NCBI RefSeq assembly: GCF_001194135.2
Contig: NC_068988.1
Location: forward strand, 22,739,187 to 22,783,750
DNA length: 44,564 nucleotides
Direction: 5' to 3'
DNA from: Octopus bimaculoides
Lineage: Eukaryota
The notes under the pieces are model-generated. The model saw only the letters and a program-made list of their open reading frames with translations, made no database searches and was not told the origin of the DNA. This document shows, piece after piece, positions 22,973 through 34,826 of this stretch (position 1 is the stretch's first letter; each line of letters starts with the position of its first letter). The translations under genes and the position numbers were made by a program.

Positions 22973-24004
22973 TTACTTTCTCGAGCTAATAACGGAGACT
23001 AAAGGTACTCGTTCAACTTATTAGAAATATCAGACCCATCCTTTCGATTCGATCCTATTCTCGTAAAACAATAAGGGCTGCATTTGATAATGCAGTCGTA
23101 CAAATAATAGAAAGATCAGTTGTTTCATTTGGAAGGATTCCTCAATTAAGTTGAACCTGGATCTAAAGCACAAGAAATTCATAATACAAGCACTTTATGA
23201 TATATTTAGTATGTTATAGATGTGACGGTCGTGTACCTTAACGGACTCCCTGTTCTGTGAAAACGCGGCAGTATAACCACGCTTACAACTATTAAAGAAA
23301 AAGAGTCAACACTACTGAGTTTGAACAACGAACTCATATCACTCTGACTATTAAGCAATAGTTCTCAAATGGTATCATAAAGTGTACTTAGGTGCGTTGT
23401 CGTTCTTTAAAGTTATTATTGGAATATATATAGAAAATTCTATAAAAATATTTGAGCGTTTTGAAAAATGTGTTATTCACAATTTTTTTTTTTTTTTATA
23501 TACGCCTGTATGATTAATAAAAAAAAGATAAGAAATAGTTTTCCATATTGTCATTTTTTCATATGTGACTTTTAGTTTTAAAACAATTTTGTTTAACTTC
23601 CTATGCGAAATGCACCAGTAGTTTTATTATGTTTTTTTTTTAGTTTTTTTTTTCACTTTCGTTACAAGTTACATCAGTAACAATTTATTTTATCTCTAAT
23701 GCGACACGAAATAAAAAAAAAAAAGACGGAGAATTGCTGATACAGTTAAACAACGACCATCGATAGGATAGCACTGCAGCAGCAACGAGCTAATGAGGCG
23801 CCTCAACCTGGCAGCATGACCTGTTAGAACTAACGGACAAAAATATCCCTCATATCAAACACTACCAAAACAAAAATGAATGGTCATTGGACTGTGTAAG
23901 TCGAAATAATACCTTGCATCGAAAAATAAACTGGGATTGTCATGGCTGGAAACCCAATAAACTGTAGAACTGCTCGACTTGCGACCAAACAACAACAACA
24001 ACAC

Positions 24005-24046
<42 letters not shown>

Positions 24047-24741
24047 GTAAACACCCTTCATGTTACACTGCATTAATGGTGAAGGTGCCTGGAAAGTATT
24101 GATGTATTGTCGACTGTGTTAGATAACCATGTAGCAAGCTTGTGTTTACATGGGGACATGAAACAGTTTCGGAAAGCATGGTACGAAATTACTAAAAGAT
24201 CGTACTACCCTAGAAGTGATAAATAGCTGCATTGTACTTGTAGTCAAACAGGCACCATAACAGCAAACGAGTGGAATCATGGTTCCAACGTTTATTTGGC
24301 GAGGTGGCACTATTCAGAAGGAGAAAAACGGAACCAATGCTAAGCCATGATTGTTGTTTATGATATTGTTGATAATACTGTATCTTTCTCCTAATACGCT
24401 ATGTTATGTAAGTCCTAATTTTCCAATAGCCTCAATCCATTGCCAAGCGCATTATCGTAAAAATGCTTAATATAATGAAACAATTTTAGAAAAATATTTA
24501 AATTTATGCATCAAAATAAAATTAGGAAAATTTATAAAACGCAGAATTTGTACGATTTCTGCGATTTAATCATAATCGTCTATAATACAATTATGAAAAA
24601 CACGTTCTTTAAGAAGATCAAGTATTAAATATGGATTTTCTAAAGCCTTAAATTATATTTTTGAAAATCCATAGAGCACTGTTTGAAAACCGCTGAGTTA
24701 TGCTAATGAGAAACCAAAATAACAACAGCAACAATGACGAA

Positions 24742-24769
24742 GATGATGATGATGATGATGATGATGATG

Positions 24770-24840
<71 letters not shown>

Positions 24841-24867
24841 AAGAAGAAGAAGAAGAAGAAGAAGAAG
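24742..24867. repeat. Compound (GAT)10(AAT)13(AAG)19 microsatellite
   Basis: Counted directly; consistent with the D10-N13-K19 run in ORF 24700-24906. Confidence 0.95.
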
Positions 24868-24870
24868 AAT

Positions 24871-25119
24871 ACGATATTTAGGTCATGTTTTTTCCAACGG
24901 TTGTGATGGATCCTCTCACAGATGAGGGCATGTTCTGCCCTTTCCGCTACTCTTCTAGCTTTATATAAATCCACTGGTGTCATTATATTCAAGCCAGGTG
25001 GTATTAGCTTTGAGTCTCTACATCTACACAGGAAATTTAGATGGTTTGAAAAACGAGCGAGTTTTTGATGGAGTTTCACTATATATCCCCATTGAAGTCT
25101 AATGTCGGCTCCGTACCGA
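24871..25119 (-). mobile_element. Penelope-like element, N-terminal ORF fragment
   Basis: KLHQKLARFSNHLNFLCRCRDSKLIPPGLNIMTPVDLYKARRVAERAEHALICERIHHN resembles the PLE N-terminal motif (NH..F..RC....LIP..L....P......I...AE..L..ERI); family knowledge from recall. Truncated at the compound microsatellite. Confidence 0.65.
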
Positions 25120-26149
25120 TTAGATAATACAGTTCTATATTTAATAGATTATTGGTGTTTTAATAATAAGCCCTGATGCAGTACCAGGCAGTGGCTCTCA
25201 TGGTTCTGATCTTAACTGATTGGAAGTGTTATCATGTACATTGTTTTGTCATGGTATAAAAGATGGGCTACAGCAAATATTCTGCTCAATACCACAGATT
25301 GGTTTGTCAGTTGCTTGACCTTAGCCATTTGAGCATGTCCTTTAGTGGTTGATGATATGAGCATCACTGATCACGAGCAAACTATTGTTGCTACAAGAAT
25401 GCACTAGTACACCAGGATTTTCATTCTGTTTCTAATTGAATTACTGGCATGGATTTTGATCATTTCTCTCAGCACCGCTATTGCAAGCTCCATTCTGGAG
25501 TTGTCATCTACCGCAGGTACCTCCCTGTAGCAATTAAGCTGCCAAAGTAGGTGAAATTGGAGACAAGAACTCATTAATTTTAATATTTGTTCTTTATTTT
25601 ACAGGTACAAGTTTAATTGTTAAGAAATTTGCTTTGCATCACTGCATCAAATATTTTCGCTCACGTTCGACTATATGTCCTTAGTTGAAGGCATCCATGA
25701 GAGATATCCCCTTCTGTAAATTAAAGTTTATTTCATGACTTGAAAATTATACGTTATTCAGTTGAAAATGATTGTTAAATTGGTGGAAAACAAGAAATGC
25801 CCGCTGATCAGTGATTTCCATATTTATATGAGTTTTCACATGAAAATTACAATTAATTTGCTGGAAAATGAAAAATTATTTCTGATCAGTTGCCCTGATA
25901 AGAGATCAACTGTTAGTCTTCTTGCAAACTTAAATGATGGTTACGGTGTTGTTGACTTTTATTTTTTAAATTTTTTAAATTTTTTGTTTCTATTATCCGA
26001 GTGATTGAAACAAATGGTATTTTTTTAAATATATCTATTAGGTTAAACAAACGCATCAACACACCAAGATTGCTTGAGCTGATAATAATATCTCAGCGAA
26101 AATACTAGGAACTGCTTCAAGCAGACCACATCTTTTAATGTCTCACTCA

Positions 26150-26520
26150 CTCACTCTTTCAAAACCTGGCAAAAATGATTTGTACTATAGTTTCTAATAA
26201 GAGCACAAGGGACACACGGCTACATGAGCTAAAGGATACACTCATCAGCAGGAACTACCTACCATCACTAATTGATATAGGTTTTCAGCATGTCCTACGA
26301 CTCGACATCTACGAACTCATACATCCCAAACTAAAGAAAGATTTAGAACCAAAAGTCCTACCATATATATTCACACACAAACCCCTAAAGAATGAAGCTT
26401 TCGACACCATCCTCCTGAACATTCCTTTACTAAAAAGGGACTACAGAATGAATGAAATCGTCCAAACACAGGTCATCATAAAGAGCAAAAGACACCCCAA
26501 GTCAAAGAAAAGTCATGGCA
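26150..26520 (+). mobile_element. Penelope-like element, RT-thumb/linker fragment, truncated before the GIY-YIG domain
   Basis: NLAKMICTIVSNKSTRDTRLHELKDTLISRNYLPSLIDIGF...KVLPYIFTH...IIKSKRHPKS matches the PLE region between RT and GIY-YIG (LA.RICTIV, L..R.YP...I, LPY..T.NP, K.KR.PK.L motifs, recalled). Confidence 0.8.
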
Positions 26521-26765
26521 AAGCTACAATAAATCTGCACGAACTTTCCGGACAACCTAATATATATATATATATATTATTTTGTTTAAAAGAGTTCCAA
26601 CACTGTCTGTTTTTTATGTTTTATTTATATTCCTGCAGAACCAATGTGGGGTATAGAATATGGAATATACAATATATAATATAATATACAATATATAATA
26701 TAAAATAAAATAAAATAAAAATGGATGGCACCATGAAAGAAAGTATTGAATGTAGATGAAATACC

Positions 26766-26805
26766 GGCCATGACGAAGGGAAATAGCCCTGAAACTCGAG
26801 TCGCC
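26766..26805 (+). ncRNA. Minimal type I hammerhead-like motif, Penelope-associated, core carries a 1-nt insertion
   Basis: GGC-C(A)TGACGA-AGGG-AAATAG-CCCT-GAAA-C-TCGA-G-TC-GCC: helix II AGGG/CCCT, palindromic helix III ACTCGAGT, GUC cleavage triplet, helix I GGC/GCC. Confidence 0.6.
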
Positions 26806-27861
26806 TTTATATATTTATATTTATATATTTATATATTTGATCCTTTATATTGAACACTCAATATTTCATCNNNNNNNNNNNNNNNNNNNNNNNNNNNNNN
26901 NNNNNNNNNNNNNNNNNNNNNNNNNNNNNNNNNNNNNNNNNNNNNNNNNNNNNNNNNNNNNNNNNNNNNNNNNNNNNNNNNNNNNNNNNNNNNNNNNNNN
27001 NNNNNNNNNNNNNNNNNNNNNNNNNNNNNNNNNNNNNNNNNNNNNNNNNNNNNNNNNNNNNNNNNNNNNNNNNNNNNNNNNNNNNNNNNNNNNNNNNNNN
27101 NNNNNNNNNNNNNNNNNNNNNNNNNNNNNNNNNNNNNNNNNNNNNNNNNNNNNNNNNNNNNNNNNNNNNNNNNNNNNNNNNNNNNNNNNNNNNNNNNNNN
27201 NNNNNNNNNNNNNNNNNNNNNNNNNNNNNNNNNNNNNNNNNNNNNNNNNNNNNNNNNNNNNNNNNNNNNNNNNNNNNNNNNNNNNNNNNNNNNNNNNNNN
27301 NNNNNNNNNNNNNNNNNNNNNNNNNNNNNNNNNNNNNNNNNNNNNNNNNNNNNNNNNNNNNNNNNNNNNNNNNNNNNNNNNNNNNNNNNNNNNNNNNNNN
27401 NNNNNNNNNNNNNNNNNNNNNNNNNNNNNNNNNNNNNNNNNNNNNNNNNNNNNNNNNNNNNNNNNNNNNNNNNNNNNNNNNNNNNNNNNNNNNNNNNNNN
27501 NNNNNNNNNNNNNNNNNNNNNNNNNNNNNNNNNNNNNNNNNNNNNNNNNNNNNNNNNNNNNNNNNNNNNNNNNNNNNNNNNNNNNNNNNNNNNNNNNNNN
27601 NNNNNNNNNNNNNNNNNNNNNNNNNNNNNNNNNNNNNNNNNNNNNNNNNNNNNNNNNNNNNNNNNNNNNNNNNNNNNNNNNNNNNNNNNNNNNNNNNNNN
27701 NNNNNNNNNNNNNNNNNNNNNNNNNNNNNNNNNNNNNNNNNNNNNNNNNNNNNNNNNNNNNNNNNNNNNNNNNNNNNNNNNNNNNNNNNNNNNNNNNNNN
27801 NNNNNNNNNNNNNNNNNNNNNNNTATATATACAGAGAGAGAGAGAAGCCAGAGCTAGCTAG

Positions 27862-27973
<112 letters not shown>

Positions 27974-28615
27974 CTACTCGATAGAACAGAACACCATTTT
28001 CTTCTGACGAAAGGTGAGCAAAAGATTTATTTGACAAAACTTTACCATAAAAACTATAAAATTTCTCAAAATTATCTCGAATGATATGACTAAATCTCAT
28101 TATCAGAGACCAGATCGCATGTTACTGAATAAGAAATGTTTGCACAGGTTTTTCATTTCATGACTTGAGCTTTTCGATTAAGATAATCTAGGTGGTTATT
28201 CCAGTATGTTTTTATGGGGTGCAATTCACCAATATATGTTATTGGGAAATTGAAGCTTGCGTCATCTCAGTGATTACTTTCGCTGGACCTTTTGCAGGAA
28301 GAAAATTAGAAATAGTTATAGGAGGGAAGGAAGCAATCATTGTTTCGACGAATAAGCGTTCCTGTTAAACGATCATCTGCACTACCTTTTGTAAGCGGCT
28401 AAGAACCTATAATCCTCACACAGAATCTGCTGGTTACTACTTCGAGCTTATCTCTATTTCGAATGATACTAAGTCAGAAAGTTGCATTTTTGCGAAGCTC
28501 CATCCAAAGTTGTCTTTGCATTTCGAATGCGTTATCAAACAGCCAATCGCACTTTAGGATAACTTTTCTTTTGTTCAAAGCTCTGTATGGTTCTCTTCAT
28601 TATTTCTAGAGCCTT

Positions 28616-28835
28616 TCTGAGTTCAAATTCCGCCGAGGTCGACTTAGCCCTTCATCCTTTCGGGTTCGATTAAATAAGTACCAGTTACGCGCTGGGGTCG
28701 ATGCAATCGACTTAATCACTTCCTCCAAATCTGAGGCCTTGTGCTTCCAGTAAAAAAGATTATTTCTAGAACATAAGGTGGAGAAATGGTAGAACCGTTA
28801 GTGTGCGCCGGGCAAAAAATTCTTAACGGCATTTT
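28616..28835 (+). mobile_element. SINE family A: 5'-truncated copy (28616-28765) followed by the head of a second copy (28775-28835)
   Basis: ctgagttcaaattccgccgaggtcgacttagcccttcatcctttcggg...; then aaggtggagaaatggtagaaccgttagtgtgcgccgggc. Confidence 0.85.
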
Positions 28836-29142
28836 TGTGGTATAGAGTTTTTTTTGCTGCTCTTTCTAGCGGGTTAGATGTCCTATTATAGGCATCTCTG
28901 TATTTTAAATTAATTATATATATATATATATATNNNNNNNNNNNNNNNNNNNNNNNNNNNNNNNNNNNNNNNNNNNNNNNNNNNNNNNNNNNNNNNNNNN
29001 NNNNNNNNNNNNNNNNNNNNNNNNNNNNNNNNNNNNNNNNNNNNNNNNNNNNNNNNNNNNNNNNNNNNNNGTTAGAAAAAGTAAGACGACAAAAAAAAGA
29101 AGGAAAGAGACCTGGATATCATGTAAATAGAGGAATTTATCT

Positions 29143-29257
29143 GTAAATAATATGTGACAATTATTCGGTAGCCATGATAAAACTCTGAGTTTCCGCCCCG
29201 ATATCCGAAACTCGGAGTTTTATCATGGCTATCGAATAATTATCACATATTATTTAC
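29143..29257. repeat. 51-bp inverted repeat with 13-nt spacer (long hairpin)
   Basis: Arms 29143-29193 and 29207-29257 are reverse complements except at 3 positions. Confidence 0.95.
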
Positions 29258-30432
29258 TGATATATATATATCTATATATATATATATTCACACACACACA
29301 CACACTTATACATATGTATGTGTGTCTTTAAATGTATATATGTATGGTTTCAGTCTGAAAAACTTCATTTACAAAACAGTGGTCAACAAGGGATAAGAAA
29401 AGCAGGCATATGTCCAATACACTAAACTGACTGCAGAGAACTTAATCACTGAGGTCTCTTGTGTGCGCGTGCGCATTTTGTCTGTGTATGTATGTATGTA
29501 TGTATGTATGTATAAAAAAAGCCATTGGTGAATTCGTGATTAATCTGCAATTAATAGACAAATGAGAAACGTGAAATAATTATTGTACGATAGTATTCCA
29601 GCAGTTTTTGCTTTCTTAATAATATCTTTCTTCCTTTTTAATTCTCACTTCACCAATTTATCAACGGATTCTTTACTGATTCTCCGAGATTGACGTATTC
29701 TCGTAGAATAAATGATAACACGGCAATGATGATGGCTTTGATTGAGATAAATGTCTCTTACCACGTCAGATAAAATAGTTAATTGCCATTTTGCTTCTTC
29801 TCCTTTTCCAACAGATTTTAGTAGTTTTATTTTCTTTTAGCCATCTATGCGAGAACAATTGTATGCTGTTACACAGTTTATGCTAGCATTGCTGTCATTT
29901 GTGTTGTTTGTTGATATTTAGCCCCAGGTTAGTTTTGTGTATACAGACCAAGGATGAGAACATCCCGCTTCCAGCATCTTTATTCGGGTCCAGTGCATCA
30001 AAGATTGCGTAACCTATGGCAATTCATCGTCATTTTCATCGTTGCTGTTCTCATTGTTCCGGTAAGCCGCTGGCCTGCATTCTCTGAGAAACAAGTCAAA
30101 GCAAACATACTTCAACCCTGTAATCGTTTCTTACACCTTTTCATATATATATATATATATATATATTTTGCAGCAAACTATCACAAAATGCATTAAGCTG
30201 ATGTTTGTTTTTGTAATTGTTTTTCTTGAATTTCTGCCTCTGGTTCTCCCCGTTTCAAAATGATGTAAGAACAAAAGTATTCTAGCCACCATCTTGCAAC
30301 ATGCATCATTTTTTGGTTTTCGAATAGTCATGGAGACTTCGTCAGTTTCTGCGGTGACTATCCCAATTGCTCGATGATCTACATTAGCTGTCTCTTAAAA
30401 TAACGTCTATTTGGATAGGTATTCACTTATCC

Positions 30433-30653
30433 TTTTATTTGTTTCAGTCATTTGACTGCGGCCATGCTGGAGCACCGCCTTTAGTCGAACAAATCGATCC
30501 CTGGACATATTCTTTGTTAGCCTAGTACTTATTCCATCGGTCTCTTTTGCCGACCCGCTACGTTATGGGGACGTAAACACACCAACATCAGTTGTCAGGC
30601 GATGGTAGAGGGACAAACACAGACACACAAACATATACATGTACACACACACG

Positions 30654-30710
<57 letters not shown>

Positions 30711-30867
30711 GACGGTCTTCTTTCAGTTTCCGTCTACCAAATCTATTCACAAGGTTTTGGTCCGCCCAAGGCTATAGTAGAAGACAGTTGCCCAAGGTGC
30801 CACGCAGTGGGACTGAACCCGTTGGTTCACGTTGTTGGTAAGCAAGCTACTTACCACACAGACATTC
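30433..30867 (-). mobile_element. SINE family B, full length, uninterrupted reference copy
   Basis: Tail 30433-30620, internal (CA)n(TA)n 30620-30708 and head 30709-30867 are contiguous, showing that head and tail belong to one element. Confidence 0.9.
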
Positions 30868-33071
30868 ATACGTCTATATTTAAAGTATTTCTCCGCACGA
30901 ATCACGAATTGACGTGATTGCAGCAGGTTGGGATGTTGAAGTACAAGTACAATCTATAAAACAGACTTATACTCATTTTCCATAAAATCAATATCATTTA
31001 CATTGCTTTGATCGACTCGAAACTATGGAAAAAAAATACGACGACCTCCCAAGATTTTGTTCTAATCTCGAACCCGAAACCTCATAGTTGCGTAGGTATT
31101 AATCTCTCAACCTCGCCATGTATGTCTATATTTTCCGGTATATTTATTTCTTGTGCGTTTTATTGCTGCTAATCAACCCCAGGTTAGTTTTAATTGATCA
31201 CATCTACCGTCAACTTACTCCAGGCGTGAACTTAATTCAGCCATCTCTTTCCAGAAACACCCTAATACCACTTTTTCTAATATATTCCATACCAACCACC
31301 GGTGTTCTTCTTATTGTTGTTGTTACAAATCTCCAGATCAAGTTTGAGTAAACAGCCATAAGATAAATATATTCCTGTTGTGGTTACGATACAATATTTT
31401 CCGTATATCAGGTATTACCTTAAGCAAAGTTACCGTTTCCTTCAGACCTCAAGTTCTGATTTGAGGGCACTTAGTTGCTACTTCAAGCAGAACTGTTGCC
31501 CACACACATGCCCTCCTTTCGGAGAATTTGTGTATGTGTTTCTTTTCGAAGAATTTGTGCATGTATGTCTCTTTTCGAAGAGACTACTTATATTTCGCAG
31601 GAGTAAGCTGTTTATGGAGGATAAATTTATGTGTGTATACATTAAAAGAGGAAGCTGCGCAGGTATGTGTTTGTGTGCTTGAGTGTGTGTGCCTACGCAC
31701 TTCTTAGATTAACGCTATATCTGCATATCTGAAGAGAAAGTTCTGTTTGGACACCTTAGGAAAACCTATGTGTACATAATTCAGAAGAAAGTTTTATATA
31801 TGTATAACTAATGAGAAAACAGTGTGATTGTAAATACACTTTATACATATATGCATACGTACATACATATGTGTGTGTGTGCGTGTGCATGTGTATGTAT
31901 GTATTATATATATATATATATATNNNNNNNNNNNNNNNNNNNNNNNNNNNNNNNNNNNNNNNNNNNNNNNNNNNNNNNNNNNNNNNNNNNNNNNNNNNNN
32001 NNNNNNNNNNNNNNNNNNNNNNNNNNNNNNNNNNNNNNNNNNNNNNNNNNNNNNNNNNNNNNNNNNNNNNNNNNNNNNNNNNNNNNNNNNNNNNNNNNNN
32101 NNNNNNNNNNNNNNNNNNNNNNNNNNNNNNNNNNNNNNNNNNNNNNNNNNNNNNNNNNNNNNNNNNNNNNNNNNNNNNNNNNNNNNNNNNNNNNNNNNNN
32201 NNNNNNNNNNNNNNNNNNNNNNNNNNNNNNNNNNTATATATATATATATATATATGAGAATAAAGTTATGTGTTTCTTAAGAAGGAAAACAACGAAAAAC
32301 GAAAAAGCAAAGAAAAACAAACGTATCTTACTAACGACCTTAGTTTGGATGTCTTGTATGTCATGGGAGCCGATTTCAATGAGGTATAATTATGGTTTTA
32401 GTACCTATTGTGAATGCTGATGTTCGTGTTGTTGTTATACTCAAGATGCTGTTTTTGTAGTTGCTGTCGTCGTTTATATTGTCCATATTATTGTTATACT
32501 TGTTGTTATTGCTATTGTTAGTGTGAAATGTTTACGGTGTCTAGTCATGTCGTGTCAAGGCTTATTTATAAACATTTTGAACGTCTTGTTATATAGCACA
32601 TCTAATGATATCTAATATGGCTGCATAATACAAAGTCGTTTTTTTATTTTTTCCTTCAATTGTAATCTTGCTGGCTGGTCACACTAAGTCATTCAAACAA
32701 TGTAGACTCGAAAGGTATCGTCTTCTGATGATCGTTTGTTGTAGCTGCTGGCTTCTAGATATATCATGCTGGATGTATTTTTCTTATCGCGTTAGTCTGA
32801 CGCTTTAATTGTTAAGAATAATAAAGAAATACTACTTATTGTCATGATCAAGGTCACTGGAAACAGAAATATCACGGAAAGGGCCAGAGACGCCATCTTT
32901 CAAATAACGTTTACACTGATATTTATTTATAAGCTTTCTCACTCTCTCCCTCTCTACATATGTTTGCAGGTATGTATGTATCTATATATGTATCTATTTG
33001 TGTATATGTGCATGTGTATATATATATATGCATATGTGTATATATAGGTAAACGTATACATGTGTATATGT

Positions 33072-33307
33072 GTTATTTCTTTACTACCCACAAGGGGCTA
33101 CACACAGCGGGGGCAAAAAAGGACAGACAAATGGATTAAGTCGATAATACCGACCCCAGTGCGTAACTGGTACTTATTTAATCGACCCCGAAAGGATGAA
33201 AGGCAAAGTCGACCTCGGCGGAATTTGAACTCAGAACGTAGCGGCAGACGAAATACCGTTAAGCATTTCGCCCGGCGTGCTAACGTTTCTGCCAGCTCGC
33301 GGCCTTA
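33072..33307 (-). mobile_element. SINE family A, best-preserved full-length copy (tail A1)
   Basis: Complete head (A-box-like TGGCAGAAACG, B-box GAGTTCAAATTCC), core and tail. Confidence 0.92.
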
Positions 33308-33435
33308 CATCTGTATATGTGTATGCCTGTATATGTATATGCATGTATGTATTTGAATATATACATGTATTCATATAACTATGTAAATATGACTATATAC
33401 ACATATAACTATGTGTGTGTGTGTGTGCATGTATT

Positions 33436-33437
<2 letters not shown>

Positions 33438-33484
<47 letters not shown>

Positions 33485-33800
33485 GCAGGCGGGTAGGTAG
33501 GTAGGTAGGTTGGTAGGTAGGTAGGTAAATTGGTACGTAGGTAGGTAAGTAGGTAGGTAGGTAGGTAGGTAGGTAGGTAGGTAGGTAGGTAAATTGGTAG
33601 GTACGTAGGTAATTAGGTATGTAGATAGATAGGTAGGTTGGTAGGTAGGTAGGTAGGTAGGTAAGTAGGTAGGTAGGTAGGTAGGTAGGTAGGTAGGTAG
33701 GTAGATAAATACACAGTCAGACAGACAGACAGACAGACAGACAGTCAGACAGACAGTCAGAAAGACAGACAGACATACAGACAGAGAGATAGATAGATGT
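33438..33800. repeat. Compound (GATA)n(GGTA)n(GACA)n tetranucleotide array
   Basis: Directly visible; source of the LPTYLPTY ORF. Confidence 0.95.
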
Positions 33801-34699
33801 AGTTTTCCGACATTTAAAAAAATGAATGGCAATATTGACCATTGCCACATTTGAACACAGAAAGCACTGAGTCGAAACGAAATCTGCAAGACGTCATATC
33901 CAGCTCTCACGCGATTTAGAGCAACGTGAAGTGAAATGTCTTGCTCAAGAACACAACATACACCCCGCTCCGGGAATATATATATATATAATAATAATAA
34001 TAATATTAGGGACAAAATCCAAAATTACAGGTAAAAACTCAATTAAAATCAATTTATAAAAAATTAAAATTAAATATCATAAGATAAATATAATATATAT
34101 ATATATATATTCCATATAGACTCGAACATTGTCAAGAAATATATCGTCATTAGCAAATACTATTTTTAAATTGAACAGAAATGACAACGTATTTAGCATC
34201 AAAACGAACAGATAACCAAGATAAATTATTTATTTCGAATAACGCCTTTACGATATGTATAGCACCAAAGACAACAGTTATATTTGTAGCTACAAGCGTA
34301 AATATGGCTGACAAGGGCTTCGTAAGATGCTCAATGGTATCAACCAGGGGAGCTGTTACAATTTTTTCAAATGCAGCGCTAGCAGCAATCCTTACTTACG
34401 AACAAATTAAAAGACTGTTGTTGATGAAACCATAGCATAACAAGGTTTCTATACTCAGAAAAACTTCACACTCCATTTTCTTTTTCTACCTGACGGCAAA
34501 TTAGTTAATGTTAGCTGTTAAACTCTGAATGGTTTTGGAGACTAAATGATTCTATACTCAGATTATACATTTTAAATAAATGTAATAGCTCTATAGATTT
34601 CGAGAAAGGAGTTGTTTTCATTCTCCGTTACAAGTTTGTCTGTGCTTTGTCAAACCAGGCCGGTAAATCAATTAGGCCTTACATAATTCTTTTTCCCCA

Positions 34700-34826
34700 A
34701 TCGCATAATTCCAGGTTCAGTCCAACTGCGTAGCACCTTGGGAAGGTGTGTCGTCTACTATAGTCACGAGCTGACCAAAGCCTTGTGAGTTGATTTGATA
34801 AACGGAAACTGAAAGAAGCCCGTCAT
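34700..34826 (+). mobile_element. SINE family B head fragment
   Basis: ggttcagtccaactgcgtagcaccttgggaaggtgtgtcgtctactatag...ccttgtgagttgatttgataaacggaaactgaaagaagcccgtc. Confidence 0.85.

Noticed and set aside
23724-24047. SINE/LINE-like 3' segment ending in (CAA)n(CTA)n
   Set aside because: Plausible retroposon end but no pol III head and no clear second copy in the window; cannot be classified from the sequence alone.
23356-24695. Possible hAT/Charlie-like TIR pair (CAATAGTTCTCAAA ... TTTGAAAACCGCTG)
   Set aside because: Only about 10/14 identity and the flanking 8-mers (ctattaag versus agttatgc) do not match.
25166-25385. Segment that looks like a familiar interspersed repeat (possibly a LINE 3' UTR)
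   Set aside because: Recognition rests on memory only; single copy here with no diagnostic structure.
28248-28560. Long, nearly open frames on both strands (WEIEACVISV...; KCDWLFDNAFEMQRQLWMELRK)
   Set aside because: Internal stops and no recognisable family or splice structure.
30305-30345. Minus-strand CTGACGA-AGTC-TCCAT-GACT-ATTC-GAAA resembling a third hammerhead
   Set aside because: Four extra nucleotides precede GAAA, and no helix III, UH site or helix I can be formed.
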